From positions 1,708 to 65,707 of IMG/VR virus record IMGVR_UViG_3300042525_000901: DNA of 64,000 nt. The stretch is one strand, 5' to 3'. Position 1 is the first letter of the stretch. Each line of letters begins with the position of its first letter. Position numbers and translations under genes: made by a program. Shown in pieces: positions 54,893 to 62,853 of this stretch. Origin of the DNA: a virus. Its lineage: Duplodnaviria; Caudoviricetes. The notes under the pieces were generated by a model. The model was not told where the DNA came from. It saw only the letters and a program-made list of their open reading frames with translations, and made no database searches.

Positions 54893-55027
54893 CTATTCAC
54901 AAACGCCTAGCCACTCGCATTTCTCTTCAGGCGTGGGTTCTTCGGTACTGGTGGAAACGACCGCTAAAAAGAGCGTGTGGAGCGCGACTAGGGCGGTTAG
55001 GGCGAACAGGGCGATTAAGTATTTCAT
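54893..55027 (-). CDS. small membrane protein (44 aa, not in ORF track)
   Basis: MKYLIALFALTALVALHTLFLAVVSTSTEEPTPEEKCEWLGVCE. Confidence 0.5.
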   Translation of the reverse strand: MKYLIALFALTALVALHTLFLAVVSTSTEEPTPEEKCEWLGVCE

Positions 55028-55069
55028 GGGCTGACTAGGGTAAGGAATTCGGAAACAACGGCGCTAGGA

Positions 55070-55549
55070 TCAATCGTATGGAGTCACGTCATCCATTGCC
55101 GCGTCCCATGAGTTTTGGCGATGCCAAAGCATATCCCGGCGCAGTTCGTCGCGATTGTACTCGGATTGATTGAGCGCGTGCTTGAGTGAAGACAACTCTT
55201 CCTGTAGTTCGACTTTGCCTTGGGTTAGCAGTTTCTCGATCATGGAGTAAACCCAAACCTCGAACGCAGCATTAAGCCACGCAGCCAGTTTTAAGGCGAC
55301 TCGCGGATGAACCCATGTACCTTGCAGTTGCGGCGTACCACCTTGAACTTGCTGGATCAATTCCGTTATGGGAATTCCCATAACGGGCGAAAGTGCCTCT
55401 AGGTAAGCCTTTGTGGATTTCAATCGAAGAAAGTCAGCAAACAATCGACCATGACGCTGACACATTTCTGTTGCGTTCCAGTACCCATCAGAACGAATGG
55501 TGATGGGTTTGCCGCTGTCGAAATACTCGCGAAAAACTGATAAACTCAT
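55070..55549 (-). CDS. KilA-N domain protein
   Basis: DGYWNATEMC...DFLRL...QGTWVHPRVALKLAAWL. Confidence 0.9.
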   Translation of the reverse strand: MSLSVFREYFDSGKPITIRSDGYWNATEMCQRHGRLFADFLRLKSTKAYLEALSPVMGIPITELIQQVQGGTPQLQGTWVHPRVALKLAAWLNAAFEVWVYSMIEKLLTQGKVELQEELSSLKHALNQSEYNRDELRRDMLWHRQNSWDAAMDDVTPYD

Positions 55550-55647
55550 ATTGATTGCGTGGTTGGTACACGCATGACGATCGCCTTGGTAATGCCGGAT
55601 GCTGTCAACATCTGGCTAGGCGATCAAATACTTCATAATTTTACCAC
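55547..55647 (-). promoter_or_regulatory. conserved structured 5' leader
   Basis: reverse complement matches 14098-14199. Confidence 0.8.
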
Positions 55648-55761
55648 GACTTCCAGCAGGGTAAAACCCTATCTAGCTTGGGCAGAAGATTCCCCATATT
55701 TCAAAAAACAAACCCCACCGGGCTAGGGCGGGGTCTTCGCTGAATGGGCTGAGGGCGATCG

Positions 55762-56091
55762 CTAACTCTGACTTTCTGCGAGCATTTCCTTAAAACGCTT
55801 CGACAACGCCGCCTCAATATCGGTTCTGAGGATCAGGAGCTTGTCCACATCTTCCGAGGCTTGAATCACAAGTTCCTGGGCGATCGCGCTGTCGTTGCCT
55901 GAGAGCAAGTCCGCAATCATCAAAATAGGGTTAGGGTTCCCCGTATTGAGGATAGCGGCTTGCACGATATTAGCGGCAAACGCGCCTGACGATATACCGC
56001 CGTCGGCTGTGCCGTCCTCTAACTCAATGGGGATTGGTCGTTCTGACAGCCACGGGTCAAGCGCAGTTAGTACGGTTTCAGCAGTAAGCAT
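55762..56091 (-). CDS. hypothetical protein
   Basis: 109-aa ORF downstream of the MTase gene. Confidence 0.55.
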   Translation of the reverse strand: MLTAETVLTALDPWLSERPIPIELEDGTADGGISSGAFAANIVQAAILNTGNPNPILMIADLLSGNDSAIAQELVIQASEDVDKLLILRTDIEAALSKRFKEMLAESQS

Positions 56092-56093
56092 AA

Positions 56094-56687
56094 TTAATCC
56101 AGCAATCCAAGTTGACGATGTTGATGATCAGGCGACGACGTTTCGTGAGGGTACGCGACCAGGCAACCGTTCACCCGTGAACCGCTGCCGGTTGGGGATT
56201 TGAGGCGAGAAAATGTGTAAGCAAACAACCCCGTGGCTTCAGCACCCCAGTCGCAATCACTCCCGCACCAAAGCGCAAACAGGGCGTCACGCGGGTTTGA
56301 GTCTCCATTGTTTTCGTAATTGATACGCCCGCACGGGAACGCAATTGCATGGCAATAAGCAGAGGAAAACATCCACGCTGACGATTTATTGTGCAGCAGT
56401 CCGGGCAGGGTTAGCGTGATAGCCACGTCAACGACGCCCAAGTCCAAATACTTCCAAAGCTCATCGACAAAGGTTGACCCTTTGCTATATGGCGGGTTCA
56501 TGAACACTGTATCTGACTCGCTTAGATACGGAGTCCAGTCTGTTGTGAATGTGTTTTGTTCCTGAGTGATTTCGCTATAGGCGATCAAACCCTGCCCGTT
56601 TCCAGTGGGGTCAAGCGCGATATCGCCTACCACTTCCTTTACCGCATTGACCACCCACGTCGGGGTGTAACTTTCGTCTCGCGCCAT
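56094..56687 (-). CDS. phage DNA N6-adenine methyltransferase (Dam-like)
   Basis: DESYTP.WV, LDP, VFMNPPYS, GRINY. Confidence 0.85.
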   Translation of the reverse strand: MARDESYTPTWVVNAVKEVVGDIALDPTGNGQGLIAYSEITQEQNTFTTDWTPYLSESDTVFMNPPYSKGSTFVDELWKYLDLGVVDVAITLTLPGLLHNKSSAWMFSSAYCHAIAFPCGRINYENNGDSNPRDALFALWCGSDCDWGAEATGLFAYTFSRLKSPTGSGSRVNGCLVAYPHETSSPDHQHRQLGLLD

Positions 56688-56797
56688 TTCAAAACCTCGC
56701 ATTGTTTCCCTTAATTATACACAAACAACACAAATGGTTTTGATTGAAATTCGGGGTGATTTTTAGGGGTCGCGCCAGTTGTGCTGAAAATCCCAGA

Positions 56798-56900
56798 GGA
56801 TCGGCCAGGACGTTTGCTGCGTAAATGCTTGAGCGATTTCGAGGGTGTGCCACGTGAACCCTTTACCCCTATATAAAAGAATTACATGGTGCATGTGGCA
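56798..56900 (-). repeat. dispersed palindromic element, copy 7
   Basis: TGCCACGTGAACCCTTTACCCCTATATAAAAGAATTACATGGTGCATGTGGCA at 56848-56900. Confidence 0.93.
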
Positions 56901-56941
56901 AATATAATGGGGTAAGACAAGAACACAAAAACAGGTAAAGC

Positions 56942-57370
56942 ATGAGAAGACTTTTGGTTGGGGTGACGAGTTTGGCGCTACTGGCGATCGCGGGGTGCGA
57001 CATGGTAGGCGAGCCACGGCAAAGCGCCTCTGATGTGGAATTGCATCGCGTTCGACATCACGCCCTGAAAGTTCCGGTGATGGTTGAGTATGCCGAATTA
57101 TTGGCAAGCGTTCAGGAGGCAGGAGGCGTAACGCAATGTCAGCGTCATTTGCCAATCTTGCGAAGCGCGATCGTCTCGTCCTATCGCGAGGTTTCTCAAC
57201 TGCCTAGCTCGTGGCAACAGCGACGGGTGCAAACCATTTACTCAGTGATGACGCTATGCGTTCCCGACTCGTGTGCAAGCGACGTGAACTTAAATCGGTG
57301 CGCTGATGCTCTAGCAGATCTGACCTATTTGTTCGGCGAAGACCCTCGGTTTGATCAAGGGGATGTATGA
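56942..57370 (+). CDS. lipoprotein
   Basis: MRR plus hydrophobic stretch and IAGC lipobox. Confidence 0.7.
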   Translation: MRRLLVGVTSLALLAIAGCDMVGEPRQSASDVELHRVRHHALKVPVMVEYAELLASVQEAGGVTQCQRHLPILRSAIVSSYREVSQLPSSWQQRRVQTIYSVMTLCVPDSCASDVNLNRCADALADLTYLFGEDPRFDQGDV

Positions 57371-57690
57371 GCGAAGTCGAATCAGTAATATTTGCCAAGC
57401 TGTCGCGTGAGGCTTTGCCGTTTTCCGTCACGACCGGGCGATCGCTATCCAACCTCGAATTTGCTCGCCACGCGGTCGCTCAGTGTTACATCGAGGGACA
57501 GCTAAAGCCCATCTTTCTAGAATTGTCAGGAGTCATCACGGACGACGAAGTTCAAGTAAACGAATTGCGCGATCGCGTCATCGCTGGACTCAGTGATCCG
57601 CAAATTATCCTTAATTTTGTCTCGCAAGTGAAGGCAAAACTGGACAGCGTTCACCCTAGTTGTGAGTGGAGTCCACTGATCATCGATTGA
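57367..57690 (+). CDS. hypothetical protein
   Basis: coupled to lipoprotein gene. Confidence 0.55.
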   Translation: MSEVESVIFAKLSREALPFSVTTGRSLSNLEFARHAVAQCYIEGQLKPIFLELSGVITDDEVQVNELRDRVIAGLSDPQIILNFVSQVKAKLDSVHPSCEWSPLIID

Positions 57691-57708
57691 TTCGTGGCCA
57701 CAAATTCA

Positions 57709-57809
57709 AAAACGGCTGTGACGTAATCACCCAAAGCGTCACAGCCGTTTTCTATGCCTGCCACGTGACCTCATTACCCTTATATAAAAGAATTACATGG
57801 TGCATGTGG
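57709..57809 (-). repeat. dispersed palindromic element, copy 8 (perfect module-B palindrome)
   Basis: AAAACGGCTGTGACG-N13-CGTCACAGCCGTTTT, then TGCCACGTGACCTCATTACCCTTATATAAAAGAATTACATGGTGCATGTGG. Confidence 0.93.
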
Positions 57810-57887
57810 ATCTCGATTGGCCGACTCTCGCGACAGGTCAGATCAACCCAGCGAAGCGAGTGAAGATGTAATCACCAACCTTGATCG

Positions 57888-60800
57888 GTGATCCGTGTGG
57901 CTGAAACTCAGAGCTTTATTCTTGAGGCAATAGATCGAGCGTCCGCACCTTTGCGACGGGTGAGCGAAGCGTTCGGTCGCGTGAGCGCAGCCGCCGAACA
58001 AATGGGCGCTCGTGCGGGGCGGGCTGCTAGCGGGGTGGGCAAGACGTTCGACGAGATGGCAGACGCGGCACAGCGATCGGGCGCAAGGATGCGAGATGTT
58101 GGTGCAAGCCTGACGTTAGGGCTGACCGCGCCGTTAGTTGGGGCGGGCGCGTTGGCGGTTAAAGCTTTTGCGGATTACGAACATTCGCTAGCATCGCTCT
58201 CTAAGGCCACAGGGTTAACCGGGGCTGACCTAGACACGATGGGTCAAAAGTTCCGGGAGATCGCGTCTAGCGACCTCCCAGTAGCCGCTAATGACCTACT
58301 AGCGATCGCGACTGAGGGGGCAAAGATGGGGATTGCGAGTACCGAGCTAGAGCGCTTCACTCGCCTAACCGCAACAATGGCGACGGCGTTTGATATTTCA
58401 GCTCAGGACGTGACCGGCCAAACAGCCAAAGTTGCCAACCAATTTAAGATCCTTAACGCGGCAACAGGCGAGCTTGATTTCGCTCGAATGGAGACGTTTG
58501 GGGATGCGGTCAACAATATGGCCGACAATATGGCGACTTCGGAGGCAAAAATCCTCGAAGCTGTTTCTCGGATGGCAGGTATCACACAACCATTAGGCTT
58601 TGACGAAAACCAAACGGCGGCGTTGGCTGCGGGCTTCACTGCGTTAGGGATGGAGGCGGACGTGGCTAGCCGCGCGGTAAACAGCTCCATGCAACGACTA
58701 GCAAATGCCCCGGCGTTGACGGAAGACGCGGTCGCCGCATTGGAAGAGATGGGCTATTCCGCAGAGGATTTACAAAAGCAGTTTTTGGACGGTAAGGGGC
58801 CAGAGGCTTATATTGGATTCCTTCAGAAAATTTCAGGCATGGGCTCAAAAGCTATCCCATTGCTGACGGAGATTTTCGGGACTGGGTTTTCCGACGAGAT
58901 GGCACGCGGCGGCGTTGGCATCGAGCAATTCTCGAAAGCGTTTGGCCTGATGGAAGAGTCGATCTCGGGTGGCGGTGCAACGATGCAAAAAAGCCTAGAA
59001 ATTATGGGCGGCACAAGCCAAGCTGAATTCCAGAAACTCAAAAGCGCCGCGCTAGACGTTTTGGTCGTGTTCGGTCGGCTCCTAGCAGAAGCCGTCCTCC
59101 CCCTAGCAAAAGGTTTGCGCCAAGCGTTGATCGCGATGTCAGAATTTGGGCAAACAAACCCCGGTCTCGCCAAAGTCATTGTTTCGATTTTGGCGATCGC
59201 CGCTGCGATCGGCCCCGTCGTTTTCGCCATTGGTACGGTGCAAGGTGCGTTTGCCGCGCTAGGTGTGTTTCTGTCCGGTGGGTTTGGAGCGGCGCTGGTA
59301 GGTGTTGTCACGTCATTGACTGGCACACTAGCCGTAGGGCTGACAATGTTTGCTCAGTTTTCAGCGGGGGCGATCGCGGCGATTTTAAGGTTCACTGTGA
59401 CGGGGGCGGCTCACGTCTTGGGATTTGCGATCAAAGCAACAACCGCGATCGCCCAGTTTGCAATCAAAGCGACGACTTCGCTAATTCAGTTTGCGGCACA
59501 GGGCGTCGCCGCGATCGCGCGGTTTGCCGCTTCGTCTATCGTTAGCCTTGCCCAATTCGCGCTTCGGGGGGTAGCCTCCGTCGCAAGCTTCGTGGTTAGT
59601 GCGTTAGCTCAACTGGGAACTTTTGTCGTGCAGGGAATCCTTGGGATTAGCCGCTTCGCTACTCAGGGGGCTATCGCATTAGTTCAGTTTGCCGCCAAAG
59701 GCGCGGCGGCGATCGGGTGGTTTGTGGTTGATTCCGCCTTGGCGATCGCAGAATTCGTGCTTACCGGGCTAGTAGAGATTGGAAAGTTTGTCGCTCAATC
59801 TCTCGTAAGCCTTGGGAAATTTGCGGTGCAAGGTGCAATAGCGCTAGGCAAGTTTGCGATCAATGGCGTCCTCGCGATAGCCCGCTTTGTTGCTACTTCC
59901 ACAATAAGCCTTGCTTCGTTTGCGGCACAGGGGGCAATATCAATTGCAAAGTTTGTAGCATCAGGAACTTTGAGCCTTGTCAAATTTGCGGCACAAGCGG
60001 CTATTACGTTCGCCCCGCTACTCCTGGGCGCAGCAGCTTTGGCGGCGGCTGGTTATCTTGTTTACAAAAACTGGGATGGGATTTCAGAGGTACTATCACG
60101 GGCTGAACTACCGAAGGCAGACTCAGCCAAACTCTCGGCCAAGATTGGTATCGAGGTCGAGAATAGCGCCGATATCGTAGAGGCATTATTCCAAAAGCCA
60201 TTGCAAACGATTGGAGCCATATCTAGCGCTTACCTTGGAGCGTTCTCTGATATCTGGAATGGCTTTTGGTCGAACCTCACCAGCTCAATTCAGATGATTG
60301 GACTTAACATCCAATTTCAGCTTACCTCCTGGGGCGTGGCGTTTTCGGCGTTTGTTGCCGGAGTAGCAAGCTGGGTCACAAGTCTAGGCGCATCGATCAC
60401 TGCGGTCTTTGCTGGGATTGTGGCGGCGTTTGCGGCGCTGCAATCATCAGCGATCGCCAAGGCTTCTGAGATAACTACAACGGTCGTAAATGCTTTCGAG
60501 GGAATACGCGCAACGTTCGACGGACTGCGGGAAGGCGCGATCGCCAAAGTTGCCGAAATTCGCGACGCCATTACAAACGCCTTTGACGGCGTGAAGTCTC
60601 AAATCCAGTCGGCACTATCATCAATCCCCAACCCATTCGCTAACCTACGAATACCCTCGTTCTCGCGGGGTGGAAGCGTCGGAAACAGCGCTCAAGGTAA
60701 TATCCCTCAAAGTGTCGCCGGATTGCTGTCAGCAGCTCAAAGAGAGGCGCGTGCTATGCCTGCTGGATCAGCGCTAACCGTGGCCAACACTTCAGAGCTA

Positions 60801-61016
60801 ATTCTGAACCGCGCCCAATACGGTAGCCTTCTAAGTCAACGCGCCCGACCGATCGCGATCGCGCAACGCGAAAACCAGATCGCCTTCGCTACGTTTGCAC
60901 CGACCATCAACCTGAATGTTGCTCAAACCGGCCAGGTTGATCCTCGCCAAATCGCAAAACAGGTGATGGCCGAATTAGATCGGGAGTACCGCCAATGGTC
61001 AGCGGGCATGGCCTAA
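57888..61016 (+). CDS. tail tape measure protein (TP901-type core)
   Basis: LTLGLTAPL, TMP core, about 20 eleven-residue Phe-anchored repeats (approx. 59355-60010). Confidence 0.95.
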   Translation: MIRVAETQSFILEAIDRASAPLRRVSEAFGRVSAAAEQMGARAGRAASGVGKTFDEMADAAQRSGARMRDVGASLTLGLTAPLVGAGALAVKAFADYEHSLASLSKATGLTGADLDTMGQKFREIASSDLPVAANDLLAIATEGAKMGIASTELERFTRLTATMATAFDISAQDVTGQTAKVANQFKILNAATGELDFARMETFGDAVNNMADNMATSEAKILEAVSRMAGITQPLGFDENQTAALAAGFTALGMEADVASRAVNSSMQRLANAPALTEDAVAALEEMGYSAEDLQKQFLDGKGPEAYIGFLQKISGMGSKAIPLLTEIFGTGFSDEMARGGVGIEQFSKAFGLMEESISGGGATMQKSLEIMGGTSQAEFQKLKSAALDVLVVFGRLLAEAVLPLAKGLRQALIAMSEFGQTNPGLAKVIVSILAIAAAIGPVVFAIGTVQGAFAALGVFLSGGFGAALVGVVTSLTGTLAVGLTMFAQFSAGAIAAILRFTVTGAAHVLGFAIKATTAIAQFAIKATTSLIQFAAQGVAAIARFAASSIVSLAQFALRGVASVASFVVSALAQLGTFVVQGILGISRFATQGAIALVQFAAKGAAAIGWFVVDSALAIAEFVLTGLVEIGKFVAQSLVSLGKFAVQGAIALGKFAINGVLAIARFVATSTISLASFAAQGAISIAKFVASGTLSLVKFAAQAAITFAPLLLGAAALAAAGYLVYKNWDGISEVLSRAELPKADSAKLSAKIGIEVENSADIVEALFQKPLQTIGAISSAYLGAFSDIWNGFWSNLTSSIQMIGLNIQFQLTSWGVAFSAFVAGVASWVTSLGASITAVFAGIVAAFAALQSSAIAKASEITTTVVNAFEGIRATFDGLREGAIAKVAEIRDAITNAFDGVKSQIQSALSSIPNPFANLRIPSFSRGGSVGNSAQGNIPQSVAGLLSAAQREARAMPAGSALTVANTSELILNRAQYGSLLSQRARPIAIAQRENQIAFATFAPTINLNVAQTGQVDPRQIAKQVMAELDREYRQWSAGMA

Positions 61017-61021
61017 CTTTC

Positions 61022-61124
61022 TGCCACGTGCACCATGTAATCTTCTTTTATAGGGGGAAAGGCATCACGTGGCACGCTTCCAAAATCGCTCAAAGATTCA
61101 CGCTACAAACGTTACAGCCGTTTC
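61022..61124 (+). repeat. dispersed palindromic element, copy 9
   Basis: TGCCACGTGCACCATGTAATCTTCTTTTATAGGGGGAAAGGCATCACGTGGCA, then ...CGTTACAGCCGTTT. Confidence 0.95.
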
Positions 61125-61195
61125 GCCACACATCGGAAGATGCCCAGAGTCAAACCGCTAAGTTCGCCGCAAATCTCGCCTACTTTTGGGCATAT

Positions 61196-61394
61196 CTTGA
61201 GATCCGGGTTGCGCTTTCCCCGCGATCTCGTTTGCGCTTTGGGTGCGTTTTGGCTGCGCTCATCTTGCGATCTGATTGCGCGATCGCCGCGAACGAGTTG
61301 CGCTTGTCCTGCGTTTTTGTTGCGCGATCGGTTGCGTTCACCATTGCGTGATTGTTTGCGCTTTAGCGATCCAGCCTGTCGCCATTTTGTCAAT
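61196..61394 (+). repeat. phased TGCG array B (15 units, 11-12 bp period)
   Basis: TGCG or variants at 61198, 210, 221, 233, 244, 255, 266, 277, 288, 299, 310, 321, 333, 345, 357. Confidence 0.9.
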
Positions 61395-61408
61395 CCCAAT
61401 CAAAAACC

Positions 61409-61870
61409 ATGACTCAACTTTTCCCAGAACCCGGCAGAACAATCCACGACATCGCCGCGATCGCCGGTATCGATTGGCGAGTCATCGCGGAACAAAACGA
61501 TTTGGATTTGTTCGCAGAACTGCCGATCAATTCCGAAATCCCTCTTGATGTACCGTCGGTGTTGGAGGCGATCACGCCTGCGTTACCGGTGCTTTCAAGT
61601 GTGGGTAACACAGTGCGGACGGTGTCGAGCCAAGCCAAAGGTATTTTGTCCCGAGTGTCGGGTGTGGCAAACCAAATCGCTGATGTGTTGCCACCTAGCT
61701 TGAAGGGGTACGTTTCGCCCGCGCTGGATGCGATCGCGTCAGTCAACGGAGTCATTGACAACGTGACTAGCGATATTGATTCGTTTTTGTCAGGAGGTGG
61801 CGCAAACCAAAACAGCCGCACGTACAATGGTGCGGCTGTGAGATTAATTGATTGGATGTTTAGTCGCTAG
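61409..61870 (+). CDS. LysM-like tail protein (gpX-like)
   Basis: PGRTIHDIA...DWRVIAEQNDL; follows TMP. Confidence 0.7.
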   Translation: MTQLFPEPGRTIHDIAAIAGIDWRVIAEQNDLDLFAELPINSEIPLDVPSVLEAITPALPVLSSVGNTVRTVSSQAKGILSRVSGVANQIADVLPPSLKGYVSPALDAIASVNGVIDNVTSDIDSFLSGGGANQNSRTYNGAAVRLIDWMFSR

Positions 61871-62199
61871 GCGAGTGATTCGCCACGCTCCTGAAGCTCA
61901 TTAACGGCCTCCACCTGCTCTTGTCCCAGCAGATCTAGCCAACACTTGAGGTTGCCTTGAATCTCGACTCGCGAGACAAATCCGGGGATGTACTCAGTGT
62001 CGTCGATTCCTGGCTTAATCCGGGCGATGATGCCATTGAGAGCATTGAGGCGATCGCGCAAATCGTTCGTCTTGGTATCTTCACCCCATAGCCCTGACGC
62101 ATCGTGGTAGCAGGTTTGCGCGTCCTGAATCAAATCCAACAACTCGTTTTCGGTATCGGTAACTTCAATCACGTCGGGTTCGTAGTAATCAATAATCAT
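61867..62199 (-). CDS. hypothetical protein
   Basis: acidic 110-aa ORF. Confidence 0.55.
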   Translation of the reverse strand: MIIDYYEPDVIEVTDTENELLDLIQDAQTCYHDASGLWGEDTKTNDLRDRLNALNGIIARIKPGIDDTEYIPGFVSRVEIQGNLKCWLDLLGQEQVEAVNELQERGESLA

Positions 62200-62237
62200 G
62201 ACGGTGTCTCGGTTTGGTGTGCAAAAAGCTTGGCAGG

Positions 62238-62693
62238 CTAGGCGTGAGCAAACACGCGGGATTGGGACAGATTCCGAATCCAGTTGTCCACCGCGATGAT
62301 GTGCTTGCATCGATGGCTGTTATTGGCCTCCGAATGGCGCACCCAGTCTTCACAAGAGCATCGCGACGGCATCCCGTCATAACTGCGATGCGTGACAATG
62401 TGCCACTGGTCAGAACCCTCAGTCTTTGCGTCGTAAAGACCAAGGCAATTCAGATCGTATTCAGCCATCGGCCAAACCTTAACCGATTCCGCACCCCGAA
62501 CACGCAGAGCGACGAAATCCAAGGAAAATGCGTTAAAGCTCACAAACGTCGCCCAGCCTTTCCCAACGACTAACACGACGTTCTTGGACTCTAGCACTCG
62601 CACTTCTTTAATCTGGCTAGGCTTGACGTTGAGGATTCGAGCAGCGGCGGCTTTGCTGGCAGAGCCGGGTGTTTTGACGATTGTGGTTTTCAT
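62238..62693 (-). CDS. SWIM zinc-finger protein
   Basis: CSCEDW...CKHI. Confidence 0.8.
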   Translation of the reverse strand: MKTTIVKTPGSASKAAAARILNVKPSQIKEVRVLESKNVVLVVGKGWATFVSFNAFSLDFVALRVRGAESVKVWPMAEYDLNCLGLYDAKTEGSDQWHIVTHRSYDGMPSRCSCEDWVRHSEANNSHRCKHIIAVDNWIRNLSQSRVFAHA

Positions 62694-62738
62694 CTAAAAA
62701 AGTCCTTGCGTGGGTCGTCGTTCCGACCTGATGTAGCC

Positions 62739-62767
62739 ACTATACACAAATAACGCAAATAACGCAA
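62739..62767 (-). promoter_or_regulatory. TTGCGT-family promoter
   Basis: TTGCGT-TATTTGCGTTATTTGTG(17)-TATAGT. Confidence 0.7.
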
Positions 62768-62853
62768 GTGGATCTAGAAACTAACTGGAGACAGGTCTAC
62801 AGGGATTTGAGGCTTGAGATAGGATGGGGATACTAAAGCGAAACGTAAGGCGT

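Noticed and set aside
59355-60010. 11-aa Phe-periodic repeats in the tape measure protein as a novelty
   Set aside because: This is a well-known feature of tape measure proteins.
1601-61124. Palindromic repeats as a CRISPR array or mini-arrays
   Set aside because: Copies are isolated, kilobases apart and about 105 bp long, with no repeat-spacer periodicity and no cas operon. The PD-(D/E)XK nuclease is a common stand-alone phage exonuclease.
878-61870. Tailocin or extracellular contractile injection system rather than a phage
   Set aside because: Capsid, portal, protease, terminase and replication genes are all present.
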